A stretch of 64,000 bases of DNA from Octopus sinensis (taxonomy: Eukaryota): the NCBI RefSeq assembly GCF_006345805.1, contig NC_042997.1, positions 11,718,001 through 11,782,000 on the forward strand, written 5' to 3'. A program made the position numbers and the translations under genes. Shown piece after piece: positions 40,397 through 55,812 of this stretch. The notes beneath the pieces are model-generated. The model made no database searches and was not told the DNA's origin. It was given only the letters and a program-made list of their open reading frames with translations. Every line of letters begins with the position of its first letter. Positions within the stretch are counted from its first letter, which is position 1.

Positions 40397-41786
40397 ACAT
40401 TAAATATATATACAAAGATAATTGGCAGTTATATATTAGGTATTAGATTAGCAGAGTCATTAGGATGCTGGAAATATACCTAGCAGTATTTGTACTGACA
40501 TTTACATTTTGAATTCAAGTCCTGCTGAATTCAACTTTGTCTTTCATCCTTTCAGAGGTCGGTAGAATGTAATACCAGTCAAGTACTGGGTAATGGTATC
40601 GATTATCTTCCTCCCCTCAAAGCAGCTGTTCTTTGTGGCAAATTAGAAAAAAAAATCTATTGGCAGGGAAAGTGAAATGAAATTACTTCGAAGTGAATGG
40701 AAACTGAATCGCCATTTTGTCTTAACGGGTGCTTAACTCTACTCTATGGCGATTGCTGTAAGTTACAAATATATTCTACTTTATTTCATTGTCTTGCAAA
40801 GATAGTTTATCACTGATACAGCTATAGAAATCAGCTTTATTTTCTCTTTGTTCGTTTATTTTTTCTTCTCTATTTCTTTCTCGCTTTTACCTCAACTTTC
40901 CTTTGTCGCCAATGTTACTACTTGCAACGACGTCAGAAATAACAGAATAATTAGTTTTACGATTATTATGGGATATGACAAGACATTTAATTTCATCAAC
41001 AAAAAAAGTTTTCCCCCGAAAGATTTAAAAATGAAAGTGAGTCTTTTTTTTTAACGAGTTGTTGGCAGTCTTTCAAGCTAAATACGAAATTATTTCACTT
41101 GTGGTAATTCATTTTATCGACAACTGATTGCAGCTAACTTAAATGGCGAGAGACTATGTCGGAATTTAATCATCTACATTATTAATATACCAAAAAAAAA
41201 TTTAACAAAAATGAGTTGTATCTTGTAAAAAAAAATATATATATAAGCAGACTTGATGTCAAAGAGAAGAGAGAGCGAAAGAGAGGAGAAAGATTGAAGA
41301 GAAGAGATCGAGAGAGTGATGGAGAGAGAAAACTTAGCGAGAGTAAATATAAGCGATAAAGAGAGAAGGAGAGGGAGAAATGACAGAAACATAAGAAGAG
41401 AATAACTTGTAAAAACTGCGATAAGTAACACCATTTGCCAGAATGCTACACATTGCATCTCAGGGATATAATGGATTAAATTAACCAGAGTACGTAACTG
41501 GTACGTATTTTAACGACTCGCCCATATAAGAAAGTCTGTGCCCAGTTGAGTGGTGTTCGAATACAACTTAAGGAAGTGCATCGAAACACTGCGGAGTAGA
41601 TATAAAGATACTTATTTTTTTAAGAGCTAACCAATTTATTTGAAAAATATCGTCGATTACACTAATCCAAGTAGTTCACTGTTTCTTATTTTTTCAACCT
41701 TAGAAAGATAACAGACAAAACAATCATTCTTCCCGGTATTTCATCTCGGATTGTAAATGGATATGAAATATCTAGATTTGAATAGA

Positions 41787-42339
41787 AGGCGGCGAGCTGG
41801 CAGAAACGTTAGCTCACCGGACGAAATGCTTAGTGGTATTTCGTATGTATTTGCGTTCAAATTCTGCTGAGGTCGACTTTGCCTTTTATCCTTTCGGAGT
41901 CGATAAATTAAGTACCAGTTGCGTACTGGGTAGATCTACTTTTACTCTGTTGCTTGTTTCAGTCATTTGACTACGGCCATGCTGGAGCACCACCTTTAGT
42001 CGAGCAAATCGACCCCAGAGCTTATTCTTTGTAAGCCTAGTACTTATGCTATCGGTATCTTTTGCCGAACCGCTAGGCCACAGGGACGTAAACACACTAG
42101 CATCGGTTGTCAGGCGATGTTTGGGGGACAAATACACACACACAAACACAAACACATACACACACACACACACATATATATATGACGGGCCTTTTCAGTT
42201 TCCGCCTACCAGATCCACTCACAAGGGTTTGGTCGGCCCGAAGCTATAGTAGAAGACAGTTGCCCAAGGTTCCACGCAGTGGGACTGGACCCGGGACAAT
42301 GTGGTTGGTAAGCAAGCTACTTACCACACAGCCACTCCT
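41787..42339. mobile_element. Truncated SINE B (plus, 41787 to about 41935) abutting SINE A (minus, 41942-42339)
   Basis: Homology to families A and B. Confidence 0.85.
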
Positions 42340-43531
42340 TCTTAACATTTCCGGCACAACACCTCGATAGTCTCTCTTTAAAAAAAAAGCAAATATTTTG
42401 GAGCGTGGATAAGATCCTAAAAACAAATCAATTCTTTGAATCAATCATAGTTAAGAGTTTGGACTGTGGTCAATGGCCTGGAGATGAAATTAATTCTGCA
42501 TAAGTGATTTATTCACACTTCAGCAAAACTTCAATTGTGTTCCAGCAGCTAATTAAATGTTATATTCTTTTAGCTTATACTTTCTACTTGTTTCAGTCAC
42601 TGGACTGCGGTCATGCTGCAGCTCTGCCTTGAAGAGTTTAAATGAAACAATTGACCTCACTGCTTATTTCCTTTTAAGTTTGGTACTTGGACTATCAGTC
42701 TCTTTTGCCGAACTTCTAAGTTACCATAACATAAACAAACCAATACTGATTTGTTCATGTTAGCGATGGTGAACAAATACAAACATAAAGACATATACAT
42801 AGATATATACAGCGGGATTCCACACAGTTTCCATCAACCAATATCACTCATAAGGCATTTGGCGTCCTAAGGTGCCGCACAAGAAGAGTGATCCTGAAAC
42901 CAGGTGACTGCAAAACGAGTTTGTCAACTAAACATCCATTCCTGACTATTTTTCTGTATATTGAAAGATAATCCTATTTTCTTTTTATTAGCGGTGAAGG
43001 AGTGAAGATTTATTTATCAACCATGTTATGTTGTTGGTGCACATTATTTTTTAAATTTAGAGGAATGAAAGGCAATCTTGAGCTCGGAAATATTGTAATT
43101 CCATTAGAACGTCGACGGCTGAGAATACATATAGTAGAATATACCAGTAATTATACATAACAACTATAGCATCAACAACATTAACCTCATGAAAACCGAT
43201 TTGTCAGAGAAAATTTTAGTCGACGAATTCAACTCCCAGGACATTATTAAGGTTTAGTTTGCTGAACACAGAAAAGTGAAAGAGGAGGTTGACTCCCGTG
43301 AAAAATTAGATTCAGAACATTTAGGAAATCGATTCTGCATTCAGTTTAGTTTCATAATTTACACCATTGTTATCATTGTTATCTTTTATCATTCCAGACA
43401 TACACAGACATGAAGGAAATAATTTTCTGATCTAAGTGTCTTAATATGTTTTCAGCGGTGTAGAATTTACAATGTAATTATTCCTTTCTCATTCCAGGTG
43501 CCATCATATTAAACATTTGCGAAGAGTAACT

Positions 43532-43915
43532 ATGCCACGCACAAAAAATTCAGCACAACTGTCAGATTTTCAAAGAGGTCGTATTGTTGGGCAGTCTGAG
43601 GCTGGTCTTAGCCAGCGAAAAGTTGCCGAAAATCTTCAAATTCCTCTTGCTAGTGTTAATAGAATTATAGTGCAATTCAAAAGCCTAGGGAAAGAATAAA
43701 CAGATTCTCATCCAGCCGACCTGGGCCCTCGGAAAGGAAGCTTCGCTGTTTGAAGAAAATTATGGAAAACGAACCCCGTTCGAAGGCTTCTGACATTGCA
43801 AAACAGCTAGAAGATAGTCCAAGAACGTGTGTTACATATTTGCATAAACTTGGGTATTATGGACGACCAGCTAGAAGAAAACCTCTCCTTTAACTAATTA
43901 ATATCAAATAAAAGA
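43532..43915 (+). pseudogene. Tc1 transposase N-terminal HTH fragment
   Basis: [38 protein letters not shown]...LGYYGRPARRKPLL. Confidence 0.85.
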
Positions 43916-45449
43916 TTTTTGAAAATTAAACGTGTCTATTTACTTCCTGCATGTCTGTGCAGGTCATATAATTATAGGAAAAGAGAAGGAAACTGAATGT
44001 TGTATCGTGACTTAAATGCCTTTTCAGAGGTTATTAACGGGTATAATTAAGTGAATTGATTCTTTTTTTTGCACACAGTATCTATTTCTGCTTTCTTTTC
44101 TCGCTGTGATCTCAACTCGCCACTAATCCTTCCACCTCGCAGTGCTAATCTCCTATTAAATATTATAAATCATCTGCAATGTTAGAATACCTCGAGATAG
44201 CAATAACTGCTGCTGGGTATGTCCAGGTGAATATCTATGAATAATACATAAGTATTGGCAGAGTCTTACGTGCAAAGAAACTGAGATAATATTTGTGTGT
44301 GTAAATTGCTTTGTACTGAATTTGCTAAAGGTAAGCAGGGAGGTAGAACAGTAGAAACGTTTGAATGCCGGGATAAATTCCTCATGGTAATTAGTTCGTC
44401 TCTTTATATTCCAAGTTCAAATCCCGTAAGAGTTGACTTTACCTTTTGATCATTCATGGTTCAATTAAATAATTTCAACGATGTTCTCTGGTCAATTCAA
44501 TCTACTTACACCTTAGATATCATCACTTCATAAAATTGCCGCGTTGTGCTAAACGGAGAAACCAATGTATGAAATACAGATATCGAACATTCTAGAATAC
44601 AAATAAGATGCTACTTGTTTGAAACTACAGCACACTTCTACTTTATTTACGTTGCTAATTGTTCCAACTTTTCATTTCCGACTCCCCATATCTAAAACTG
44701 AAAACCGCTGGGTGTCTACTCAGCAAAAGCCATTTTTCATAAAGTAAAGAATGTAAAATTGAAAGAAATATTTAAGCGACAGTTTAAGTACTTCCCAATG
44801 CTCATTTGCATATTCACGTTTTAATATCCAATGTTAGACGATATCAACAGATTTCATAAAATCATTATTGTACATTGGTCATAGATTCAATAAAAGCTTG
44901 CTCTACGTAATTTACCTTCCTTCCATTTGTTGTTATTGTTTTCCCTAGTTCAGCCCTCATTTAAAAGAAGAACAGAGATCAGAGGCATTCTAGCTATGGT
45001 TACCTCGTCCTTCATTCGGGTGTTCAATGTTTACATATCTTCTTAAAAGAGTGGAATGAAGTTTGAATGATATTTGTTATCTTTGAAAACAAAGGACGAA
45101 CATACATGGCTTAAGGGTAGATTGCTAATGCATTCAAACAAGAGACATAGAAAGTTGAACAAACATTCTGCTATTATTCATGGAAACTGAAATTTTGCTT
45201 TAGCTCACTCCACGAACCTTTGAAAAGAATAAAAAAAACCCACACTGGTCATACGTTAAGAAACATGGCTTCAAGAACGGTTTTCCATGTCTTGGAGCTT
45301 ATTATCGGTGTACAGTTCTGAACACTACAAAAGAATGAAGAGTTCATAAGACATCTTAAAGAATATTGCATGAAGATCTCGAAGATATAAAAGACAGTGA
45401 CTGACACTTGTCATTGAGATATATGGTCACTGCCAGGACATTATGTGAA

Positions 45450-45881
45450 GAATTCATGGAGATTTTATTTCATGATGTGCCTGCAGAGCATACCGTGATT
45501 CGTTGAAACAAAGATACATGACAGTACTGTAAGCAAGGTAACTGAAGCACTTGAAACGTCTATCGTTCTGTTGATTGCACGATACACAAAAAGAAAATGC
45601 TATAAACCACAACTCAAAAATATATACCAATAATGAAAACTACATATCCGTCAAGAAAAAGAATTGTCTATATATCTATCTATCTGTCTGTCTGTTTGCA
45701 TGTACATACATACATAAAGGCATTTATGAAAAAAAGAAAACCACAATGAAAGGGAAGAGATTTGAGTCGAAATATTGAAATTATAAGAAAAGTGACGGCG
45801 TTCCAGAGTTTTTACCAGCAGTGGTAGAGCCGTTAGGAGAAGCAGGTGAACGTCCAAGGGGAGTATTTTGAAAGTGATTAA
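45450..45881 (+). pseudogene. Highly decayed mariner transposase C-terminus
   Basis: HDVPAEHT (HDNAPxH-like) and AFQSFYQQW*SR*EKQVNVQGEYFESD*. Confidence 0.6.
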
Positions 45882-45895
45882 GGAAAATGTTTGAA

Positions 45896-45926
<31 letters not shown>

Positions 45927-45946
45927 TGTATGTATGTATGTATGTA

Positions 45947-46762
45947 TATGACATTATTCAGTTTTATTTCAAGATATCTTATCAATAGAAAAGTAGTCGG
46001 TTTCTAACCCTGATTAGGCGGCGAGTTGGCAGAAACGTTAGCACGCCGGGCGAAATGCGTAACTGTATTTCGTCTGCCGTTACGTTCTGAGTTCAAATTC
46101 CGCCGAGGTCGACTTTTCCTTTCATCCTTTCGGGGTCGATAAATTAAGTACCAGTTACACACCGGGGTCGATATAATCGACTTAATCCGTTTGTTTGTCC
46201 ACTCTGTATTTAGCCCCTTGTGGGTAGTAAAGAAATAGGTTTCTAACCCTGATTCAAGGCGCCTTTATTAGAATTTCAACAACAATAACAAGATACTTTT
46301 GCGCGCGCACCCGTGTGTGCAACATCTGGTGTTAGTGGATGCGCAGATTTGTATGTTTTGCTTTATGTTTGTATTCTCATGCATTTAGTCGCATGTCTAG
46401 TCATGCACATATCAATTTAAATGGTAAACTTCTCTAAAGATTTACATATATTTGCAGTTCCGGTGATGGCTTCGAACTGTAGTCTTCTAATCAGTTTGCT
46501 CCTTTCGGGTTTTGAGAAGCTTAATTTCTCAAGAATGGTAATTCGGCATGTGCTATATATCCCCGTGGCCCTATAATTACAAGTATTAATCTAAACTTGT
46601 AATCTGTAATGGGCAACAGTAGATTTTTCAATAGCTGAGCATAGGTATTTTCTTGTTCGCTCATCTTTAGACTAATGTTAACATCCGCTGGGCAGCTAAC
46701 GTCCTTTACTCTACACCGTATCTCTTTTATGTCCCAAATTCCTATGTCAAGTTTCTTATGTT
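45947..46762 (-). mobile_element. RLE-type (R4/Dong-like) non-LTR retrotransposon 3' end, copy 1
   Basis: DIGIWD...VSCPADVNISLKMSEQENTYAQLLKNL; 3' UTR ending at a (TACA)n tract. Confidence 0.75.
46016..46237 (+). mobile_element. SINE B with perfect 17-bp TSD, inserted in the RLE 3' UTR
   Basis: GGTTTCTAACCCTGATT at 45999-46015 and 46238-46254. Confidence 0.95.
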
Positions 46763-46778
46763 TATGATAGTATGTATG

Positions 46779-47298
46779 TCATTATTCAGTTTATTTCAAT
46801 ATTTCTTGCCAATAGAGAAAGAACCGGTTTCTAACCTAGATTCAACGTACCTTCATTGGAATTTCAACATCAACATTACAGGACTTTTGTTTGTATGTAT
46901 GTTTTGTGTATGTATTCTCATACATATAGTTGCATATCTAGACATACCCATATACATTTAAATGATAAACTTCTGGAAAGTTTTACAGATCTTTACAGTT
47001 CCAGTGATGGATTGTATGTAGTCTTCGAATTAGCTTTCTCCTTTCTGGTTTTGAGAAGCCTAATTTCTCAAGATTGGTATTTAGAACTTGTAATCTGGAT
47101 AGAGTAACTGCAGATTTTTCAATAGTTCAGAATAGGTGTTCTCTTTTTCACTGATCTTCAGCTTTATGCCAATATCTGCCGGGCAGCTAATTTCCACAAC
47201 TGTGCATAGTTTCTCTTCTCTATCCCAAACAATTATATCAGGTCTGTTGTGTTTATATTTTATTGAGGTCTTCACTGGTACATTCCACCGGTATTCCT
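46779..47298 (-). mobile_element. RLE-type non-LTR retrotransposon 3' end, copy 2
   Basis: EYRWNVPVKTSIKYKHNRPDIIVWDREEKLCTVVEISCPAD...SEKENTYSELL (PD-(D/E)xK-type restriction-like endonuclease pattern). Confidence 0.85.
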
Positions 47299-47325
47299 TT
47301 TTATGTATGTATGTATGTATGTATG

Positions 47326-47356
<31 letters not shown>

Positions 47357-48099
47357 GTATGTATGTATGTCTTCTATTTGTTTCAGTTTTTGGACTGCGG
47401 CAATGCTGGGCCATCGCTTTGAAGGGAGGGTTTAGTGGAACAAATCGACTAATTTTTTCCTTTTAACTTTGGTACTTATTCTATTAACCCGAGTTGTTAA
47501 GTTACAGGGATGTAAATAGAACGCTTGTCCAGCTTTGGTAGGGGACAAACAGAATGACAAGCACGCGCGCACACACACACACACAACACACACACACACA
47601 CAAATACTCACACACGCACATGGATACACATGCCCATTGATACACACATACATACACATACTCATAAATACACGCACACACACACACGTGTGACAGGCTT
47701 CTTTCCGAGGCTATATTTCTAGTGTATTCTAGAATATGCACTAGTGTTTCTAGTGTATGTACAACTTCCCATACTCTATCGCGTGTAGGTCGTAATAACC
47801 ATAAAGATATACAGTATGAAAATGTAAGATAAAAGGAGATAAATTTTGAGGATGATCTAGTCTCCATATTCTCTCTCGCTATGACTATTTCTAATATACA
47901 CTCCAGATAATATTACCATCCAGAGAAGCGAACACAGAATTAGCCGTCGAAAGAACTTACAGCGTCAGTAACAGTTCGTAGTAGTCATAGACAGTAAATA
48001 CTGATCGATGCGGTTAGCTGTAACCTGGAACATAAATGAGAGCCACCACAATACCCAGCCTGATAATATATACTTCTAAACTTACACACGCATATATAT

Positions 48100-48509
48100 G
48101 GAGTGGCTGTGTGGTAAGTAGCTTGCTGACCAACCACATGGTTCCGGGTTCAGTCCCACTGCGTGGCACCTTGGGCAAGTGTCTTCTACTATAGCCTCGG
48201 GCCGACCAAAGCCTTGTGAGTGGATTTGGTAGACGAAAACTGAAAGAAGCTCGTCGTATATATGTATATATATATATATATATATGTGTGTGCGTGTATG
48301 TTTGTGTCTGTGTTTGTCCCCCTAGCATTGCTTGACAACCGATGTTGGTGTGTTTACGTCCCCGTCACTTAGCGGTTCGGCAAAAGAGACCGATAGAATA
48401 AGCACTGGGCTTACAAAGAATAAGTCCCGGGGTCGATTTGCTCGACTAAAGGTGGTGCTCCAGCATGGCCGCAGTCAAATGACTGAAACAAGTAAAAGAG
48501 TAAAAGAGA
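48100..48509 (+). mobile_element. SINE A, full length
   Basis: Homology to family A. Confidence 0.9.
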
Positions 48510-48800
48510 ATATATATACATGCACACACACACACACACCCTCCTACATATATACATATATTACAGTACTACGCACAGAGACACAGCCACACAAACGCAC
48601 ATAAAAACACACACACATACATACATGCATGTTAAGTGCTTGTGTATACGTAATTTTGTGTATACGTAATTTTTGTATTCATGCAAAGAATCGTTTATAT
48701 CTTTCCCCTTTGCTTTTCTGTTAATGGTTGGAATAATCGGAAACGTAAAACCTCAATTTACGACCAAATACAGTTAACTCCTACAATGTTATATATATAT

Positions 48801-49321
48801 ATACTAGCAGTATCGCCCGGCGTTGCTCGGGTTTGTAAGGGAAATAACTATATAAGCATTTTTAGAGAGTTACTTCCCTTATAGATGCCAATTCGGGCTT
48901 TCTTAGCCATTTCTGTTTTGGTGTCTTCAAGCCATGAAGTCGTTGTTCTAAAAGAACGCTGGTCTCCTTGACAACGCATTACGACGTTGATTTCCTTAAA
49001 CTTCCTTCCCCACAGCTTCACGAGGGAGGGAAGAAGGGGGAGAAGCAAACACAGGTGCAGGTGTTTGAGCGTGGACGCCAACTCCGCCGCCATCGACACA
49101 CGAAAAATTATGCATTAAAATGGAATAAAAAATGATGTTAAATTATTTTTAAAATCGTAGACTCATCGTAGACGCGCGCTAATAGCCAGACGGGCTCGAT
49201 ATTAATCACAACTATAAGATACCCGAATTTGGTTAAACTGCACCGCAAAATGTGGGAGGAGTTAGGAATCTAAATCGAAGGGGACAGACACTCACACAAC
49301 TACAGTTTTATATATATAGAT
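48801..49321 (+). mobile_element. Non-autonomous Helentron/HINE-like element
   Basis: 5' ATACTAGCAGTATCGCCCGGCGTTGCTCGGG hairpin; 3' CCGAATTTGGTTAAA...ACAGACACTCAC...TTTTATATATATAGAT; resembles DINE-1/Lep1-type termini. Confidence 0.65.
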
Positions 49322-49840
49322 GTATGTGTGTGTGTGTGTGTGTGGTGTGTGTGTGTGTGTGTGGTGTGTATACGCACACACGCACTCACTCAAAAAGAGA
49401 TGCGCTAATGAATTACAAATCGCTGCGGTTTTGTTTTGAAGCGGTGATGCGGTTATGCTAGTAATCGTGGCAACGGCATCGCAGAATGAATATTCTAAAA
49501 TATTCGACGCCATAAACATTGGTTCAGCTCCATAACTGAAGCAGTGACCTTTATGTGCCCTTTGCTCGGATGCGTTACCGACGGCAGAAGCAATAACGTG
49601 AGAACTAGGAACTTGCCAAAAACCCCCGACAACCTATTCGATGCGCTATATGTGCTACAGCGTTCGGATGATCAAACAAACACTTGCCCCAGAGCCAGTT
49701 CAGAAGTGTGAAGTGAGTGCTGGGATGAGTGCTGAGACTGGAGAGATGAAGACGAGCTGATAAACAACAACAACAACAACAACAGCAACAATAATAATAA
49801 TAATAATAACAATAATAATGATAGCAATGATAACGACCGT

Positions 49841-49877
<37 letters not shown>

Positions 49878-50018
49878 ACAGGAGGTGTGAAGTGATAAAA
49901 GTATACGTGAATATGTGTGTGTACATATGTTGTATATGCATATACATGTATATATGTATGTGTACACACAAATACATACACAACACAAGCCTGTAGATGG
50001 CTTTCTTCACACATACGC

Positions 50019-50054
<36 letters not shown>

Positions 50055-50153
50055 GTGCGTAGTATGCGCCCGCGTGTGTATATGCAAATTATGTATGTAT
50101 GTATATATACATATGTGCGTGTGTGTATATATATATATGTATATATATATATG

Positions 50154-51521
<1,368 letters not shown>

Positions 51522-51659
51522 TATACATACATTTATATATATATGTGTGTGTATAATATAACGCAACAAGCCTAACAGAAAGTAACAGAAAGGGAAGAAG
51601 AAAAATTCTCAGAGTAGAAAAAAAAATCTATTAAGTTTAAAACAATACTAATGCTAATA

Positions 51660-52065
51660 ATCCTTTCTATTATAGGCACAAGGCCTGAAATTTGGGGGAC
51701 GGGGATAGTCGATTAGATCGACCCCAGTACGCAATTGGTACTTAATTTATCCATCCCGAAAGAATGAGAGGCAAAGTCGAATTTGAACTCAGAACGTTGC
51801 GACGGGCGAAATACCTATTTCTTTACTACCCACAAGGAGCTAAACACAGAGAGAACAAACAAGGACAGACAAACGGATTAAGTCCATTATATCGACCACA
51901 GTGCTTAACTGGTACTTATTTAATCGACCTCGAAAGGATGAAAGGCAAAGTCGACCTCGGCGGAATTTGAACTCAGAACGTAGCGGCATACGTTTCTGCC
52001 AGCTCGCCGGGCGAAATACCGCTTAGCATTTCGTCCAACGTGCGAACGATTCTGCCAGCTCGTCG
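51660..52065 (-). mobile_element. Nested SINE B (51816-52008) inside a variant SINE B
   Basis: TSD GGGCGAAATACC at 51804-51815 and 52009-52020. Confidence 0.8.
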
Positions 52066-52321
52066 GTTTATGGGAATAATAATAATGATTCTTATGATGA
52101 TGAGATGATGATGTTGGTGATGAAGATAATGAGATGATGATGTTGGTGATGAAGATGACTTTGCTGCTTGAAGAAGTGATGATGATGATAATGATGATGT
52201 AGTTTAGTGTTTCCCAATCTTTTCCCCTACAACGCCCCCTTTCATTTAAATGAGTTTTCTCACAGATTCCTTTTAATATACTTATATTATATGTATGTAT
52301 GTACATATATATTTTTTTTTA

Positions 52322-52680
52322 TTCAGTCATTTGACTGCGGCCATGTTGGAGCACCGCCTTTAGTCGAACAAATCGATCTCAGGACTTATTCCTTGTAAGC
52401 CTAGTACTTATTCTATCAGTCTCTTTAGACGTAAACACACCAACATCGGTTGTCAAACAATGGAGGGGGTACAAACACAGACACACAAACATATACACAC
52501 ACAGACTCACACACACATACATATATACGACGGGCTTCTTTCAGTTTCCGTCTATCAAATCCACCCATAATGCTTTGGTCAGCCCGAGTCTATAGCAGAA
52601 GACACTCGCCCAAGGTGCCACGCAGTGGGACTGAACCCGTGACCATGTGGTTGACAAGCAAGCTACTTACCTAACTGCCA
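52322..52680 (-). mobile_element. SINE A
   Basis: Homology to family A. Confidence 0.85.
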
Positions 52681-52975
52681 CACATATGAAATTTTTAATT
52701 TAGTCCACGGACTCCCCACAATCAGTACTACATTTGCAGACCACCAGGGGTCCGCGGACCACAGGCCAGGAACGATTGGCGTAGTTGATGAGATGGCGCG
52801 GTGTTGATGAGGGAAGTTTTAATAGATATGGTGACGAAGATGATGATGATGATGATGATAATGACGATGAAGATGATGATGATGGTAGTTATGTTGATGA
52901 TGATGGTGGCACGAAAATGAAACATCATGAAAGAACAAGACACTGAGAGAGACAGAGATAGGGAAAGATAGACAG

Positions 52976-53012
<37 letters not shown>

Positions 53013-53685
53013 CAGAGGGAAAAAGAGGTAGAAGGGAGGTAGGACGTGAGGGCTGACAGAACATAGAAGGGAGGATATATGTGAGGAAGAAAGAAACATT
53101 ATACAGTTAGCTGCAAATGTCACTTGAGGCAGTCATCCTCACCTAGCGCTTTACATGTAACCTGGCGGACACGACCACACCACACAACATTTGCAAGAAC
53201 AGAGTCGTAAAGCGGCAAACTAGATTAATTATCAAAACTAGTACAGAGAATTTGTTACATCTCTAGGGCACATACGCATATACACAAACGCATAACCGCA
53301 TATGTAGTAGGCTTTTGCATGTATATACACGCATGTATACATACGTGCACACCTGCTACTGAACAAAAACACACAGGTGTACTAGTAGTAGAATATACGT
53401 ACGTGGTTGTGTATATGTATGTTCATATATATATATGCATATACATACATACATGCATATATATAAAATACAGTGTACATTTAAACACATAAGGTATCCA
53501 CTCGTGGGTTTCAACAAGCTAGAAATAACAGCTAGGTTCTATAACCACAAAATTAGGGATAAAAGTCGACAGGAACGAAATGAAAAAAATAAAAACATTT
53601 TACCATGTAATGGTAAAATGTTTATATTTTTTCATGTGAAATGTATATGTATGCATGTATATATGTGTGTGTACGTGTACATACA

Positions 53686-53769
<84 letters not shown>

Positions 53770-53827
53770 TATACATATATATATATATATATAGCACGTG
53801 CATGCATGAATTTTATATATAATGGAA

Positions 53828-53903
<76 letters not shown>

Positions 53904-54439
53904 GTCTGTCTGTGCATACGTACACACATTCCTATGTGTGTACGTATGTACATACAAGACGTACGTACGTACATGAAATCCCGTATGATGGCACAGGTAT
54001 ATACACACAGACATATTACGCATACACAGACACACACCCATACACACACACACACAAACGCACGCATACACTCTTATACACACACACACACACACATATA
54101 TATACGCACACAAATTCACACACACACACATATACTACATAGATTTCTGAAGCACACATTATATCATGCAGATGCACACGTTCTTACAGAGTCAGAAATA
54201 CATACTACACGTCCGTCACTCCCCTTCCCCATCCCTCTTTCTTTTTTTACTTTCTATCCCTCTTACTTCCACTGTTCTTCCAGTTCCTATTCCTGTTTTC
54301 CCTCTCTTAAAACTATATATTCTTTCTCCCGCTTATATTTCCATTCTAACTCTTTGTCTTTGTTTTTCTCTTTCTTTTCCTAACTAGATTCTTTTAATCT
54401 TTTCACTGGACATTACACAGCGGCCAAGCAATGATATCG

Positions 54440-54452
54440 CCTCTCTCTCCCC

Positions 54453-54492
<40 letters not shown>

Positions 54493-55015
54493 GTCTATGC
54501 TTGCATGTGTTTGTCTGTCTCTCTGTCTCTGTCATCTGTCTGCCTGTCTGTCTTTCTCTCTTTCGCTCTCTCTTCTTTCTCTCCCCCTCTCTCTCTCTCT
54601 ATCTATCTGCCTTCCTGCCTACCTGTCTGTCTTTCTCTCTCTCTTTCGCTCTCTCTTCTTTCTCTCCCACTCTATCTCTCTATCTATCTGCCTTCCTGCA
54701 TGCCTGCCTGTCTGTCAGTCTGTCTTTCTGTCTCTGTCTGTCTTTCTCTCTCTTTCTCTCTCCTCTTTCTCCCTCTCTCTTTATCTATCTGTTTGTGTGT
54801 CTGTCTGGCTGTCTGTCAGTCTGTCTGTCCGCCTGTCTATCTGTCTGTCCGCCTGTCTGTCTGCCTGTCTGTCTTTGTATGTCTGTCTTTCTCTCTCTTT
54901 CTCTCCCCTCTTTCTCCCTCTCTATTTATCTATCTGTCTGTCTGTCTATCTGTTTGTCTGTCTCTCTCTCTCTATCTATCGATGCATGTATGTGTTTGTC
55001 TCTCTGTCAGTCTGG

Positions 55016-55047
<32 letters not shown>

Positions 55048-55145
55048 ATCTCCTTTCTCTCTCCTTCTCTCTTCATCTGCCTGTCTGTCTGTTTCTCTCT
55101 CTCTCTCTCTTTATCTATCTATCTATCTCTCTATCTATATATCTT
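54440..55145. repeat. Pyrimidine-rich degenerate (CT)n/(TCTG)n/(TCTA)n tract
   Basis: Direct inspection. Confidence 0.9.
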
Positions 55146-55353
55146 CCTATCGGAAAGAAAGAAGAAAAGAAGAAAAGAAAGGTTCTGGGCAATACACCAG
55201 CATGCTGCTAACACAAGCGAAAACGGGGTATCTTCCCCCTCCACCCGCTGTTTATGTCTTCTGTATTGCTTGTTTTTGGTTTTACTAATTGCGTGTCTGT
55301 ATGTTTGCGTCCTTGTGAGCATTTGTGTATGTGCGTGCCTGTGTGTGACCGTG

Positions 55354-55386
<33 letters not shown>

Positions 55387-55404
55387 TATATATATTATAT
55401 ATAT

Positions 55405-55461
<57 letters not shown>

Positions 55462-55618
55462 GTGTTAGAGAGTCATTAAAGTCTTTTATGTCCGTATAAA
55501 ACATTAAAACATTCTCTATATGTTGTAAGTTACGCGTGTATAATGCATAATGCTATATCGTTAGTTGATTTGTATGTATGAATATATCTATGTATATGTG
55601 TGTATTTATGCACTAACG

Positions 55619-55654
<36 letters not shown>

Positions 55655-55812
55655 ATATATATATAATATATATATATATATGTATATATATGTATATATA
55701 TGTGTAAACACTCAGAGCTTCGTTTTGCTTTCACGGTTTGATTATGCAATGAGCTAAATTGCTTTTTTTCTCCCCCTCTCTCTCTCTTTACTGACCTAGA
55801 TCTACAATTGTC

